Counted from the first letter of the whole stretch, positions 12,521-26,693 are shown. The stretch: DNA of 63,719 nt, filler included, from Hausera hauseri (GCA_046269625.1; 12 parts of 12 records of this genome joined end to end with filler, not necessarily neighbours in it); one strand, 5' to 3'. Program-made: numbers and translations. The notes: generated from the letters alone by a model not told the origin.

Positions 12521-13945
12521 GTGATGGCGACAAGAAAAACCAGCATCCCCTCAACAAGGAGGAAACGTTTGGCCACAAAAGGTTTTGACGACTTAATCCG
12601 AAACAGTATCGAACAGCATCAGCAGCAGGAGCAGATGCAACAGCAGAAACCTTCCATTACTGTGAAGTACGATCTAAACAAATCGTACGTGGATGTGAAA
12701 TTAAACATGTCGAGGACAACAACCCTACATCTGAGGCATGTTTTGTCCAGTGTGCGCAGCCGGTTGGAATTAGAGGTAGAGAAATTCAAACACAACAGCT
12801 GCAAAGTGCAATATTATGCGCTTGCAGAATTTGAAAATGTTGAATGTGACAGGAAACAATGGTATGTTACATTGAGTCGTGCCGTATTCGGAAGATTTTA
12901 TTTCCGATGTAGGCGAAAAATTGGATGAGAAAATCGCCAACTATACCGAAAGGAGTAGTAGATGGTGAATTATACGAATTGTCACACTCGGCTTTATCAT
13001 AACAAAGTCGACTGACGTGGCATATTTGTTTAGACGGTCATTCATACCGACACCTGCATCATTAAAGCAGTATCTGGCGGTAGTGAATGTACAAAATACT
13101 GACGACGTATACTGTTTTCTGTACAGCATTCTGGCTGTATTGAAGTACAGCGAAGTGAACAGATATCATGCAAATAGTCCAAATCGGTATCGGCAGTATT
13201 TTTCCGATTTGCAATTTGATGAATGCTGGATGCCGATGAAACTGAAAACCATTCCGGCTTTTGAACGGCGTAATCCGACGCTGTCAATCAACGTTTTCCG
13301 GTACATCACAATAATTGAAATACCGAATGGACTCTCGGTAAATTTGTTGCTGTTGGAGCACGCCGAAAAATTTCATTACGTGTCAGTGACAAATCTGGAT
13401 AGACTGTTGAACATGGAGCATGACCAGTTCATCAAAAAGCTAATACGATGCAAATGGTGTCCTATATGTCTGCATGGATTTAGATCGGAAACAACGTGGG
13501 AGAAACATGTCACGCTATGCAGGCAAAACGCATCAGGGATTACAATATACGTCATGCTCATCAAAAAGGAGCTCAGATTCCGTGATTGGTCGAAAACGGA
13601 CAGTACTGCATATATGGTGTATGCCGATATTGAAGCAATTCTATCGCGGCACAACGTATACGACCAAAAGCACATTCCAATCGCCGTCGGTATGTTGCTA
13701 GTACCAATAAAAGCCGCCGAACAACCGCAGTATTACGTTTTCTATAGTTGAAACCGTGTACGTGATTTCCTGCAGCAGTTGGAAACCATAGTGGAACATG
13801 TTGTGTCAAACGGTCATCCGATCAATTGAGCACCAGCTGTATACAATAACTAGTGCGAAAGTCGCTTTGTCATGTAACGATGATAATGGAAAATGGGTGG
13901 CGCGAAATGAGTTGGGCATATGGACATTGGAGGTTGAAATAAAAC
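12521..13945 (+). pseudogene. polB: Protein-primed family B DNA polymerase relic with a large internal deletion
   Basis: VNVQNTDDVYCFLYSILAVL, IPAFERRNPTLSINVF, CPIC..H..C and ExoI-like YADIE, then almost directly the C-terminal IRSIEHQLYT...KVALSCNDD...AYGH motifs. Frameshifted. Confidence 0.75.
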
Positions 13946-14293
13946 AAGTTCGTTGGTGTCACATCAGATCAGATACAGGCAATTCCATCTGGTCTGGATA
14001 TTATGACAATTATTGATAATTATCTTTTGTACATTGTTTTATTTCAATGATAATAATGCACTTCGTTCAGTGTCTTTTGTGTTTTGTTTTCGGGTACTTA
14101 CTTAACCTCTTATTATTAAGTAATATGTAAGTAAAAGTAAAACAATAACCTTGTACAAGAAAACAAAATATGTAACACGAATACGCTTATTTATTGATCG
14201 GAAAGAAACAAATCACAAAAACACAGTCAGTTAAATCATAGTAAACTTCCCCATTTTCCATATTGGGATTTGACGCCGCTCATTATTATTTAG

Positions 14294-14917
14294 ATGAAGC
14301 TGCAGAATGATGCAATTTTCCAGATTTTAGGTCCCTGTGGAAGTTGGAAAACACTTTGTGTGTAAATAATTGCAGAACTACCGTGACATGTTCCCTTCAC
14401 TGCGGTACAACCACATTTACTGGCATCAGGGTATTGGTGATGATGGAGAGTCCGATTTGACACATCGGGAATTTTGTAAACTGAAATCGATAACGGTAAT
14501 TAATGGGTTTGATGAGAACTGGTCTGAGAGATTACGCAACGGTGACTTTACTGTCGTTGACGATTTATTTCAGGTATCCGCGAAATTATCGGACTTCAAC
14601 AACCTGTTCACGAAGATTGCACGACACCGTGGTATGACGATTATTTTCATTACGCGAAACATGTTCCATCAGGGCGGACAGCATCGAACAAGAAATTTAA
14701 ACGTACACTATTTGGTGCTGTTCCAAATCCCCGTGATCAGACTATCATTGATTATGTTGCACCACAAGCATTTCCTCACAACCGAGCCTACTTAATAGAT
14801 GCATATCATGATGCTGCGAACAAACCGCAGGGATATCTGTTTATTGACTTTACACAACAGTGTCCCGACGACTTGCGTGTACGAACAGATATTTTCAATC
14901 CGAAAGGCATATGTCTA
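14294..14917 (+). pseudogene. A32/FtsK-like packaging ATPase (Polinton type)
   Basis: Degenerate Walker A GPCGSWKT, Walker B FTVVDD, ARHRGMTIIFITRNMF, NPRDQ and KPQGYLFIDF...LRVRTDIF. Frameshifted. Confidence 0.85.
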
Positions 14918-15152
14918 AACAAATTCGAAAATCGGCATTATTGTGATAAGATGAAGAATTTTCGAAAAACAATTGTTAAACGTAAACTTACCAAGCTGGT
15001 GTCCGACAAGAAATGTATATAAAAACGAACCGCCACAGTCAATGATTAATCAATTCTGTGCTTCGAACAACAGCAGCAGCAACTAGACGCAAATTACCGT
15101 CACAGTGGTAACGGTTATAAACAACTACGTCGCAGCATCAATACGTCCAAAA

Positions 15153-15479
15153 ATGCGATTCAGACGTAGTCAGCCGTATTTTATTGCTTTGATTAAGGCA
15201 CCTACGAGACATAAGCGAAACATGCTACGATCATTCTGGCAATTTGTAGTAGACGATTTGATGGAAATTTTGTACAATATCGTTGTGGGTCACGTTGACA
15301 TTGGTAGTGGAAAGCGGAATTTACTAAAGTATCGAAAACGACTCATTGGTCTTGCGAACGCTCGTAGTTAACGACTGAAACGAGAGGTCATGTACCAGCA
15401 AGACGGCGGATTCCTTCGTGCAATTCTACCGATTGTCACGTCATTACTGGGCGGACTCTGGCGGAACAGTTTAGTATAA
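15153..15479 (+). pseudogene. Polinton/adintovirus small virion protein with C-terminal GGFL amphipathic helix (pX/pVI-like)
   Basis: DDLMEILYNIVVGHV...LLKYRKRL, then past one stop QQDGGFLRAILPIVTSLLGGL. Confidence 0.65.
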
Positions 15480-15626
15480 ACAATGGCAGTAAATATATAG
15501 TGATTTGCGATATTGGTGCATGGCTTTCATCATTTTGTCCCAGTTTAATGAATCTTTTATTAACGTTTCGTTCTAATTGCTGCAATGCAAACAAAAACGA
15601 CATCGTCGACAACACCAACGACAACG

Positions 15627-16500
15627 ATGGGCAACGTGTGGTTCGATCCGCGTCATCCCGTCGGGTATACTGGCGTCGACAAACTGGCAAAGACTGTCAA
15701 ATAAAGTCTGCGACAAACCCAACGTTGGCTGGGAAAACAGTTAGCACTACCTAAACAAACCGATAAGAAGGCGGTTTCCAACTCGTGTATACCGTGCTGT
15801 AGGTGTAAATAATGTATGACAAATGGACCTGATAGAAATGATTCCGTATGCCAGCATCAACGATGGGTAACGGTACGTGCTGACATGTATTGATGTGTTT
15901 AGTCGTTTTGCACGTGCAATTGCCGTGAAATCTGAATCCGGTAAAGAGATTGCCGACGCTGTTCAGACACTGATACAACAACAACAGCCGAAGCTTTTAG
16001 AAACGGATTTGGGTAAGGAATTATACAACACCCACGTTGCAGCGGTCTTGAAACGGTTTGGTGTAAACCACTACTCGGTATTTTTCCAATACAAGACTGC
16101 ACTCGTTGAACGATTTAATCGAACATTGCACGGTCGCCTAAACAAATTCTTTACGAAGCAAGGCAACAAGCGCTGGGTAGATATAATGCCGGATATTATT
16201 CATGCATACAATCATTCGACACATCATGGCATCAATGGATTACGCCCGGTTGATGTAATCGATGATTTGGACATGTGGCTTTATCAAAACCGACAATGAG
16301 CAATTAAATGCCCAAAATATAAAATCTGTGCTTACGTACGTATTTCGAAAATAAGTACGACACCATTCATTAAGAATTTCAATCAGAACTGCAGCGATGA
16401 GATTTTTCGCATTTCAGCAATCTACACAAAACAAACACCTGTCATGTACGTTTTAGAGGATGAAAACGGTGAGGAAATACGCGGTAAATTCTACGAACAG
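15627..16500 (+). pseudogene. int: Polinton-type retroviral integrase (rve)
   Basis: WFDPRHPVGYTGVDKL...WL...KPIRRRFP, LTCIDVFSRFA, LETDLGKE, VERFNRTL, YNHSTH and C-terminal LEDENGEEIRGKFYEQ. Confidence 0.9.
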
Positions 16501-16600
16501 NNNNNNNNNNNNNNNNNNNNNNNNNNNNNNNNNNNNNNNNNNNNTTAATTAATTAANNNNNNNNNNNNNNNNNNNNNNNNNNNNNNNNNNNNNNNNNNNN

Positions 16601-19600
16601 GCTAAACACGAAACGGATGTAGGTTTCACTGACCGGGTGACCCACACGATCCAGTTGACTGATGATACACTGATCAAGCAACCGTATAGGCGTATTCCGC
16701 CTGCGTTTTATAAAGAGGTTCAAGACCATCTGCAAGGACTGCTTAATAAGCAGATTATCCATAAGAGTACCAGTCCTTGGGCTTCGCCATTGGTGTTGGT
16801 GAGGAAAAAATACGGGAGTTTGCGTCTTTGCACAGACTTTCGCGCCGTCAGTGCACGGACGAAAAGAGATGCATATCCTCTACCAAGAGTGGAAGAATTC
16901 CTAGATGCATTGGGAGCAGCAAAAATCTTCTCATCGTTGGAATTAGCCAGTGGATATTACCAGGTGGCTATGAACCAGGAAGATCAGGAGAAGACAGCGT
17001 TCACGACTCCATTTGGATTGTACGAATATACTCGAATGCCTATGGGGCTAGCTAACTCAGCAAGCACGTTTCAACGGTTGATGCAAAGCTCGATGCATGA
17101 TCTCATGTTTCAAGTACTGTTGGTTTACCTAGATGACATCCTAGTGTACTCCACAGATTTTGCAGACCATTTGAAAAGGCTAGAGAAAGTGTTCGGCAGA
17201 TTACGAGAGTTGGGCCTGAAATTGAACGCAGCGAAATGTCAGTTTGGTCAGAAAGAAATTGAGTTCTTAGGCCATACCATATCTGAAAAGGGTATAGGAG
17301 CGATGGACAGTAAAGTCAAAGCAGTCAAAGAAGCAGCTATTCCAAAAACTCAGACGGAATTGCGAGCATTCTTAGGATTAGCGAGCTATTATAGGAGGTT
17401 TGTGAAGGGTTTCGCAGCAATAGCACGCCCTTTACACGAATTGGTGGCTCGGCTAAACCAAGAGCAGCAAGGGAAGTCGAGGAAAGTTCCGATAACTAAC
17501 CTTTGGACAGTGGAATGCGAGGAAGCTTTCAGCAAGTTGAAAACCGCATTGACTTCTACCCCATTGCTTGGATTCCCGGACTTTACAAAGCCATTTATCC
17601 TAGAAGTAGACGCGAGCTATGACGGGTTGGGTGCAGTCTTATCCCAAGTACAAGATGATAAGAGGAGAGTGTTGGCTTATGCAAGCCGGACATTGAGGCC
17701 CTCAGAAAAAAAATGCTAAAAGTAGCATGAAATTAGAACTTTTGAGCTTGAAGTGGGCGCGGACGGCGAAGTTTAGAGGATATCTGTTGGGTGCGCAGGT
17801 GGAGGTGTTTACGGACAACAGGAGTCTAGCTTTGTGGCAAAAAGCGAAGCTAGGGGCAATTGAACAAAGATGGATTGCTCAAATGTCAGTGTTCAACTAC
17901 AGTATCAAGCATAGAGCGGGTCGGGCCAATGGAAACGCCGACTATCTGTCAAGATATCCTGTCGAAACACCGCCGCACGGAGACGAGGAGGATGGTGATG
18001 TAGCTATCAGCATGATGCTAGCTGAACCACACCGCCAGTTATCACAGATACCTCCAGAACTAGCCCTGAGACAAGCAGAGGTCACAGTTGGCATCAATAG
18101 TGTCGAAGATGTTACCAACCCTGAGACGTATCAAGGAATGGTGCTATGACGAATACGAACATTGCTCAACCGGAAGTAGTGGTAGGTGCAGCAATGATGC
18201 TACCGATGTACTCTAACCAGGAGTTAAGGCAGTTACAAGCTGATGATAGTACGATTAAGTCGGTCATGATGGGTCTTGAGCGCCTGGAGGAGTACTCCAA
18301 GGAGGGCTCAGATCCGACGAGAAGCAGTAGATGGAGAGGTGAAGAGGGGAGAAAGTTGTCGGTTCTGGGGAGGAAGTTATGGCGGCATGTGAAGAGGCTG
18401 AAGATTACAAATGGCTTGCTATACAGGCAGGTTAAATTACCTGGAGGACCGGTCACTCTGCAGTTGGTGATCCCGGAGTCTTTGAAGTTGAGGGTGATGG
18501 ACTCAGTTCACAAGTTGGGACACCAGGGCAGAGAAAGAATGGTGCAGTTACTCAGGAAGAGGTGTTTCTGGGTCGGCATGGAGGCTGAGGTGGAGCAGTT
18601 TTGCAGAGGCTGCACACGGTGCAATGTGGCAAAAGCTCCACAACTGAAACTGCGCGGTCCAGCTGGAAGCCTAACAGCGACAAGACCATTAGAAGTGATT
18701 GCCATTGACTTCACATTGCTGGAGCGAGACTCCAAGGGGTATGAGAATGTGTTGGTAATCACTGACATATTCAGCAAATTCACCATAGCCGTGCCCACGA
18801 GGGATCAGAAAGCGACAACGGTGGCGAAGGCAATTATACAGAAGTGGATCCTGTATCTGGGAGTGCCAGAGCGGATTCATTCCGACCAGGGCAGGAACTT
18901 CGAGTCCACAGTGATTGCAGAACTATGCAGGTTGTACCAGATTGAGAAGAGTCGTACAACTGCATACCATCCACAAGGGAATGGACAGTGCGAGCGGTTC
19001 AACCGGACTCTGCATTATCTTCTCAAGTCCTTGACAGCAGCGCAGAAACGGCAGTGGTCTGAATACTTGCCGGAGGTGCTGGCTGCTTACAATTCAACAC
19101 CACATGCGGCGACGGGTTATTCGCCTTATCACTTGCTCTATGGCAGGGAGCCGAGACTCCCCATCGATTTCATGCTCGCCACGGAGACCGAAGAAACATC
19201 GGTCTCGGCAGATGAATGGCTGCAGAGCCACTTGTGTAGGCTACAAGAAGCGCACAAGAGAGCAAGTGAACAAATGCAAAGGGTGGTGACCAAGCGTAAA
19301 CAACACGCCGACGGTCTGCCCCAAGCAGTTCCATTGCAGGTGGGTGAGCGTGTGCGGAAACGACTGCATCATGCAGGGCGTGCCAAGATTCAGGATATGT
19401 GGTCGGCTGAAGAATTCGTGGTAGTGAGGGCTCCGACCATGTCAGGAGGCCCTTACTCAATTCGGCGAGCTGATGGTCTTGGTGAGATCAGTCGAGTGGC
19501 AGCGCACGAGCTGCGACGCAGCGAGCTGAACAGCGAGGGAGGAGATCCAACCGACCAGATGGAACTGTTTCCGGCACCACCAGTGTTTCCAGATACTGCA

Positions 19601-19729
19601 GAGAAGCTGGATGATCACGCCGAGAACCTGTTGGAGCCAGGAGTGTATGAGCTGCATCCTGCTGACGAGGAGGTAACGGTGAGACGTTCAGACAGACTGA
19701 AAGGTAGGACCAAGTTTACTCCTTTTTAA
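16601..19729 (+). mobile_element. pol: Ty3/gypsy pol (RT, RNase H, integrase), broken into three frames near 17715 and 18146
   Basis: SPWASPLVLV, YQVAM, MPMGL, YLDD; RNase H EVDASYDGLGAVL and FTDN; integrase H-H-C-C, IAIDF, IHSDQG, GQCERFNRTL. Confidence 0.95.
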
Positions 19730-19982
19730 CATCCACAGGAGTTGTGTCGGACAATGTGACTTTCTGAACTGTGTTAATAGTGTATTCGAGAAGCTTCGGA
19801 AAAGGCTAACTGTACAAAGGACAGAAATGAACATTGTGCCATGAACAGTGTAAAATTAGTTAGTTGTGGTCTGTGTATTGGAGGTGTGCATGTAGATACC
19901 CTGAATGTGTGGTGTGTCTGTATGACTGCATAGCTATGCAAGAGGTATAGCGTGGGGTGTGGTTGTCGGGACGTCAACATTT

Positions 19983-21057
19983 AAGGGGGGGAACATGTAG
20001 CCGTGTGACGAAATAACTTAAGTCCACGAGAAAGCAAGGTTAAATGCGAATGTTTGTAAGTACGTTTACCCTAGCGTCAGTATCTCGCTAGGTGTCGCTA
20101 GTGGAGCGGAAGTGCCCGAGCCATTGAGGGAGGCAAAATTACAGCTTCCTGTCTCATTTGTCTTTCATCACCGGAGGGGAGCACTTGCATTCGAATTCTA
20201 GCCGGGCTCTATCGGTAAGATATTAACACGTACTTAGTGTAATCCACGCATAAGGCTAGGAGAATTTACTTAATATTAACCTTACTAGGGGAATGAGGCA
20301 GTTTACCCGCGATTTATCATGAAATCGCTGGGGTACTGATAGAATCCCAGTGGACACGATGGACAAGCAAGAAACTTGTTTGAAGCGTGAACACGTGTGT
20401 TTGGAAATAGTACTGATTAATCAGATAGTGAGTTGTGCTAAAGGATAAGTATGCTATTTTGTGAAGCTTGAATATTATAATGTGTGACTGTAAATATAAG
20501 TTTCTGTTGGATTAGATGTAATTATGAATTATGCTAATGTGTAGGATGAAAGCCAGGTTGTGCGCGCTGATGAAGCGCGGATACAAGTGAATTATGTAGT
20601 GTAGGCTAGACGGCCAGAGCCGGTTGATACATAGTGGCAATATGGGTAGGAGGTCATTGTTGACGGTACCATGTGCGGGCCCAAAACCAATATTGAGGTG
20701 ACACGGAATGACCGGATGATCACAATGGACCCATGTTAGCAGTTAGTTTACGCAGGTATTTATTTTAATGTGGTGTGATGTAGTATAAGGTGTGTATTTC
20801 AAGGAAGTGAGGGTAAGTCGGAGAATTTCATGATAACTTGTATTATAAATTGTTGGATGTAAAGTGTGGCTGAGACTGAGACATGTTGTGTTTATTCTCT
20901 CGGCAGGTCTTATTTACTGGGTGCCCTAGGTGTACCCGATTTTGCCCAAGTTGTACCCGATTGTGTTCAGTTGTGTCGGCTAACATGTGTTAGCTACGGT
21001 GTGCAGCTTTGCCAGTTGTCAGATGGTCGATGTACAACCATTTGACTGCGCTACTGT
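19983..21057 (+). repeat. Polypurine tract and 3' LTR (from 19996, probably cut by the contig end)
   Basis: AAGGGGGGGAA then CA then TGTAGC, ~250 nt after the integrase stop. Confidence 0.75.
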
Positions 21058-24000
21058 NNNNNNNNNNNNNNNNNNNNNNNNNNNNNNNNNNNNNNNNNNN
21101 NTTAATTAATTAANNNNNNNNNNNNNNNNNNNNNNNNNNNNNNNNNNNNNNNNNNNNTTAATAAAACGACATTATGTCGTAATTGTTAAATTTAGAATTG
21201 ACAGAACAATACCATGTCGTTGTTACTAAAATTATGTCTCGGGTATATAAGCGAGACGCAAACCGCAAACAAGACATACAAAAAAAATTTATATCATTTA
21301 AATTTGCTAAAAAGTGTGATTTGAAATTTGGAAGAACTAGTAAGTTCTCCATTTCTACTGAATATTATAAAGAAAATATTAGAAACGACGAATCTACTGA
21401 CGAAAATACCTACGAATTCAAACTTAAAAGCAAAACCTCTCCATACAAAAAACCTACGTAAATCTTTTAATCGAATCGTTTTGTAGTCTATAACCTGAAA
21501 ATGGCCGAAGGAGATAATTACGAAAGAATGCAACGAGGTTCATCTGAGATGGGTGAGTTGTCTTGATCTGATACTTTATGTTCATGTTTATTGTAATTAT
21601 TGTTATAAAAATATAATTAAAAAAATGAAATTATGTCGGGCTGATGATGAGGTTCATGATGTGATTCGATGATTCCTGAAGCGATGAGAAACGATACGTA
21701 TGTCCAGAAGCCGAATGGTCATTTGAAAGTATTAGAAAAGGAGCAGCATGAATCGATGGACATGCGCGAAGATTATTACAACGGTGACTGAGGAGCCGGC
21801 AAAAAGGTGGAATGCGTAAGGAGTACGGATATCGGACGAAAGTATGTTTTCGGAGTTGCTAATGAGTCAGAATCGTTTTGTGATCTAATTTTCTTGTCAT
21901 TGTTGATTTTGGTATTGTGAGTTTAATTTTGATTTCGGGGATCCATGAAATGATAAAAGGGGAATTGTTGTGAAAGGAAATAATGTGAAATATATTGACA
22001 TTTTTAGGATCAATATTTATTTGGAAGGAGTAATCTTTGAGACTTTTGATAGTTCTTATATATATAATTAAATCTAAAGCGTATTATGTTTTTAGAATAA
22101 TCATGTGTGTAATTTATGTCTGTTTTGAAATCAACGGGAATAGAGGTCCGGTACCGAATAATGGGGATTATAAGAATATCCAGTCCTAACATCAACTACA
22201 TCTGTATCTACGTGCGTATATATATATTGTTTCGATCGCATCCGTATCTACCTGTGTGTATATTAATTTCGGGGAAACCGGTGCATTTATTAGTAATTGA
22301 AGAGAGTTTGTTAAGGCTTCTTTAGAAGGAATGTAATACATTTCGTAAGCTGTACCTATTGGTGAAATGGTAAGCGATAGAAATGTAGGATGATACGGTC
22401 ATGATCATTCGGTACGTGATTTCCTAATAAGATAGACAAGCCAGAAACAGAAATGGTTAAACTTGGTTGTTACACTAGAGCTTTAGTTAAATATTATACT
22501 CAGAGTAAAATATACAAAGGGGAATAAGCGTAAAAATGAAATTATAATAGTAAGCAAGCATTTGGAAGAATTTAGCCAGTTCGGAGAAATTAATTATTGT
22601 GTCCACCGACAATAATAATGATAGTATATTTTGTATGAAGTTATTTAATAAGAATTATGACCGAACTTAGACATCCATTCGGAATATGCTAATCGAACTC
22701 CTATGAAGGAGTGATGAAAGAGTACTTGGTACAATTTAGAATTAAAGGGAGAGTGAGCACCTGATGATTATCTTGTGTCCATTATTTTACTTTACTGGTA
22801 ATGGGTATATGTGAATGTCTTGAACTGATAATAAGGAAAAATGTCCCCTGGAGATTTTATACATAACGAAATAAAGGTAACCCGAGCATTGGGTGTTAAC
22901 GGCCCTTAGAACTCATGATAAAATGTTTTACACAGCATAGCGAAAGAAGGGACCAATTAGTTGTTTTGAAGTAGTATCGCGTTTATTAAATTATAGACCC
23001 TATCAGATTTAGATTTGGTTTGTATTGACGAATGATTTTGTTGTTTTATTTATATCGTAAACGGTTATGATTAACGTATACATAGTGAATATAGCAATTG
23101 GTTATTGTATCACATATCGGATCTATAGTTGAAAATACAAGTAAATGATACGTCGATAACAATAATAATCTGAAACATAAAAAATTGAAAGATGAGTTAC
23201 GGAAAAGAAATTGCATTGTGATGGGTAAATGGTGTTTTGAGTAAAGTAATCTCTTACGTGAATTATATCGAATAACGTTGTGTTGAGTATATATATATGT
23301 GTCTATTTGTCATGAAATGAATACATACAATATGGTTTGGAATTTTGTAGATGGCTTTGAGCTTAGGGATTGCTAACGGTACTGACTATTAAAACGATGG
23401 AGTTTCATACAGTGGAAATGTTGTGATAGAGAAAACTCCAGTACAGATATAGTTTCACAAGAAATGGTCGTAATTATCGAGCCGAAATCGAGTTAACTTA
23501 AAAAGGAAAAAACAAAAAATAATAAATGAATGTCATCATGTGATTCTAGAAAAATGGAAATTGAATATAATGATTTTCACTATACGACTGCGTATCAAGA
23601 AATATACCACGCACCAATCTGGAAGTATTGCATTTGATTTCTTTTAAAACTCGAATACAACGGTCAATATATATTAGTTCTTAACACTATCAATTGTTAT
23701 GAATTGCGATTGTTGTTTTATTGAATGGGATAAACTTAGATTATGGTACTACTGCGAACGAGTAACATACCAAGTCTATATATTTATCACATGAATAGTA
23801 TTCAGTTTTCATCGTCTGTTTATTACTCACTTTCGTTATTCTATGATGATGTAATAATGATATCAAATCTATATATTTGTTATATAAAGATTATTCAGTT
23901 TTATTTACCAATAATATTTAGTTTTATCCCTTTACGATAATGTGATAAGGATTCCCTAGCGATTATTTCTTTTCCTTTCCCTTCCCTTCCTCTCCTCGGA

Positions 24001-24897
24001 TTGTGACAATATGACTGAAATGATTGTTACCTTTCCACAGAATTTAATTATGTATCAATATAACCATGTGGTTTTGCTGGTTTGAAGTATGGTAGCTGTT
24101 CATTCAACCCTATCCAGTCAACCGCGGGGGTACGCTAGCGTGAAATTTGGGAATGGTCGTTTAGGTGAGAAAAATGAATTTAACTGATTGTTTGGGTAGA
24201 TTTAGGGCGGCAATGTCCGGTACTAACATTATAACTATTAGGATCGCCTAACACTAAATAAGAACTGCAGCTACAAGAACACATTAAGATAACAAATATC
24301 AGAATGGACATAGCAGGGAAAAGATTAGTAAACTCACAAACGTGACCTTCAGATAACACAAACTATATTCAAACGGGATTATTGTCTGGTATTATCATGA
24401 GTAAAAAACGTCACGAACAAGATGAAGATTCCCTGTAGGCGATTTATATGTTGAGTATTGCTTAAGGTTATTAACAACCCCTGTACACCCAACACATCTT
24501 TGCAAATACCATAACTCTTGACTATGACAATAGATATACTTCTGTCATTGCATTGAAATCAATTTTATTTATGACTCTAGATTTCTTCCAATTCTATTTA
24601 AAATATGACTTTAACCATGTCCCATTTTAAATCTTCTATCTAGTGATAGTAACATTTTCATTCAAACTAAGTTTAAATATTCGTAAACATCATGTTTCTG
24701 ATGATATAAAAAAGTTTATAGGAAAGTTTATAGATGAGTCATTCATTCCTAGTTGGTTGTCTTAAATCGGATTCCTTTGATTATCGATGTTACATTTGTT
24801 TTGAGTCAGTTTCATTTTAACTATCATAAAATTTATTTGACATAACAAATCCTACAATGGCTAAACTTTTTTTTTTTTACTGTGTGGTTTTCCACAG

Positions 24898-25081
24898 GCA
24901 TGTAGAGAGAAGCATGTAGCAGCGAATGGTTTTATGGTTTACAGTGTCGTGTGTGCCGGAGTCACAGAATGCAGCAACTCTCTGGAGGATGAGAAGGACA
25001 CTGAACTGCTGCCTCAGGCCGTCGTCTACAAGCAGTGTAGACAACGCATCTATGGCTTGTTGCTGTTGCTCGGGCAAGATA
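24898..25081 (+). CDS. FAM120B: Single internal exon of a FAM120B-like gene
   Basis: Polypyrimidine/ccacag acceptor and gtaaga donor. The exon reads ACREKHVAANGFMVYSVVCAGVTECSNSLEDEKDTELLPQAVVYKQCRQRIYGLLLLLGQD, resembling the vertebrate FAM120B segment ECSNTLED...SQAFIYRPIRQRVYSLLL as recalled. Confidence 0.75.
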
Positions 25082-25487
25082 GTAAGAGGGCAAACACATG
25101 GAATGGGTTATACCCAAACACCAATACATGTGTAAAGATTTACATAAAGAAAGAAAAAATAGAGCTGATCCATGTTGAAACTTGAAAACGTAGCCTTCAT
25201 CTTCATACACAAACAGAACCAAGTCCTCTGGTGGAAAATAAGCTTATGAAGAATGTCACGTCTTTCTTGGTTGTTATGTTTGCTGTTTAAGAGTTTTTAA
25301 CTAGTTTCAGGATAGGAAATGTTAAAGTTAATACTGGATTTTTTTCTTGGATTTTCAGGAAGTACTCTGGATATTCCAGTAATCAAANNNNNNNNNNNNN
25401 NNNNNNNNNNNNNNNNNNNNNNNNNNNNNNNTTAATTAATTAANNNNNNNNNNNNNNNNNNNNNNNNNNNNNNNNNNNNNNNNNNNN

Positions 25488-26345
25488 TGCTTCGGTCATT
25501 ATTTTGGTTCCTATACAGATTATAACCTGTTTTGTTGTAAGGATTGTATGTATTCCGATTATCGCTAAAGTTCCTATTGTCATATCTCGTTCTGCGATTA
25601 GTGGCATTTTGAGCTCTATTTTTATAACCTCGATCTTTATTATTATCGTTGAATCTTCTACTGTTTCGGTTTCTATCTCGATTATTGCGATCATTATTTC
25701 GGTCATACCTATCACTCTGTTTAGCGTATTTACCTAGTGCCATCTCTAAGTTCAGAGCTAACTGTAATGCAGTCTCGAAATTGTCTGGTTGAGGAAAAAT
25801 TAATTGCTTAACTAAATCTCTGAACCATATACTATTTATTAACTGAGTTGTCATCATAACATCTAAATCCGGCGGGCTAGCTTTTTCTGCCGTTCGCGTT
25901 TCGCGTCTGTCGTTGTCTTTGCCGCATTAGATATCCTTAGCTTACTCACGTATCTATTAGCAATCTTCTTTAGTGCGAATGCAAAATGAGCAACCGACTC
26001 ACCTTTTTGTTGCGTTCTATTTTGGAAGGCCATAAGCTTTTGTTGTGGCGTCACCGTCGTCAATAGTTTACGGTTCAGGACTCCTCCTGCGGAGGACCAT
26101 GATTTCTTCTCGGCATTGGTAAGTTCGCTATATGCGTCTACAGCCAGGTTTTTAAAGTATAATTACAGTCGTTTAATCATAACTTCAGGCGCAAGATTGG
26201 CACCTTCTGCGTGTAATTTATAAATTCCTAAAAAGTCATTTAACCCGTATGGGTCTCCGTCATATGCCGGCAAATTCAAAGAATCGAACGTAAATATGTC
26301 AAGTTTCTGTGCTATAGCTTGGTTATGCGCTGCCACCTTTAACTT
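25488..26345 (-). pseudogene. gag: Ty3/gypsy gag relic
   Basis: LPAYDGDP...F, AVDAYSEL...SW and QQKGESVAHFAFALKK (major-homology-like), PDNFETALQLALNLE, then an N/R-rich tail. Confidence 0.75.
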
Positions 26346-26693
26346 GTTCGGTTTGTCTACTTAAACTCTAGGAGTAGCTTTGAATTCTTTAACGAAGGTT
26401 AGTTCAGTGTCGGATAAACAGTGCTTATCGATTACTTTGTCTTCAATATAAAATTTATTTCGAGTTTTTCTTTGATTAAGTTTCTCTATACCGTTTACTA
26501 ATAAGTTTTGACACGAGTTGAACCTCTCAGTGTTTACTCTCGGATTAATCTTTACTTAATTCCCTTTTAACAACTTGTAATCCCAAGTTTAAACTCTTAT
26601 TCGTTTTATACAACAATTATTTGATGTAAATGGCGCTATTCGCCCGTATGTCATTAATTGACTCTCGAAAGTAATATCTAGCGAGGTACAAAC

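Larger units (their letters stand above)
11955..16500 (+). mobile_element. Degraded Polinton/Maverick (adintovirus-like) element
   Basis: Co-oriented pPolB relic, A32-like ATPase, GGFL-motif protein and retroviral-type integrase. AGTAGTAGTAGT at 11955-11966 is a candidate terminus. Confidence 0.85.

Noticed and set aside
18146-18149. ATGA overlap in pol as programmed stop-restart coupling
   Set aside because: The same copy has another clear lesion near 17715, so simple mutational decay is more parsimonious.
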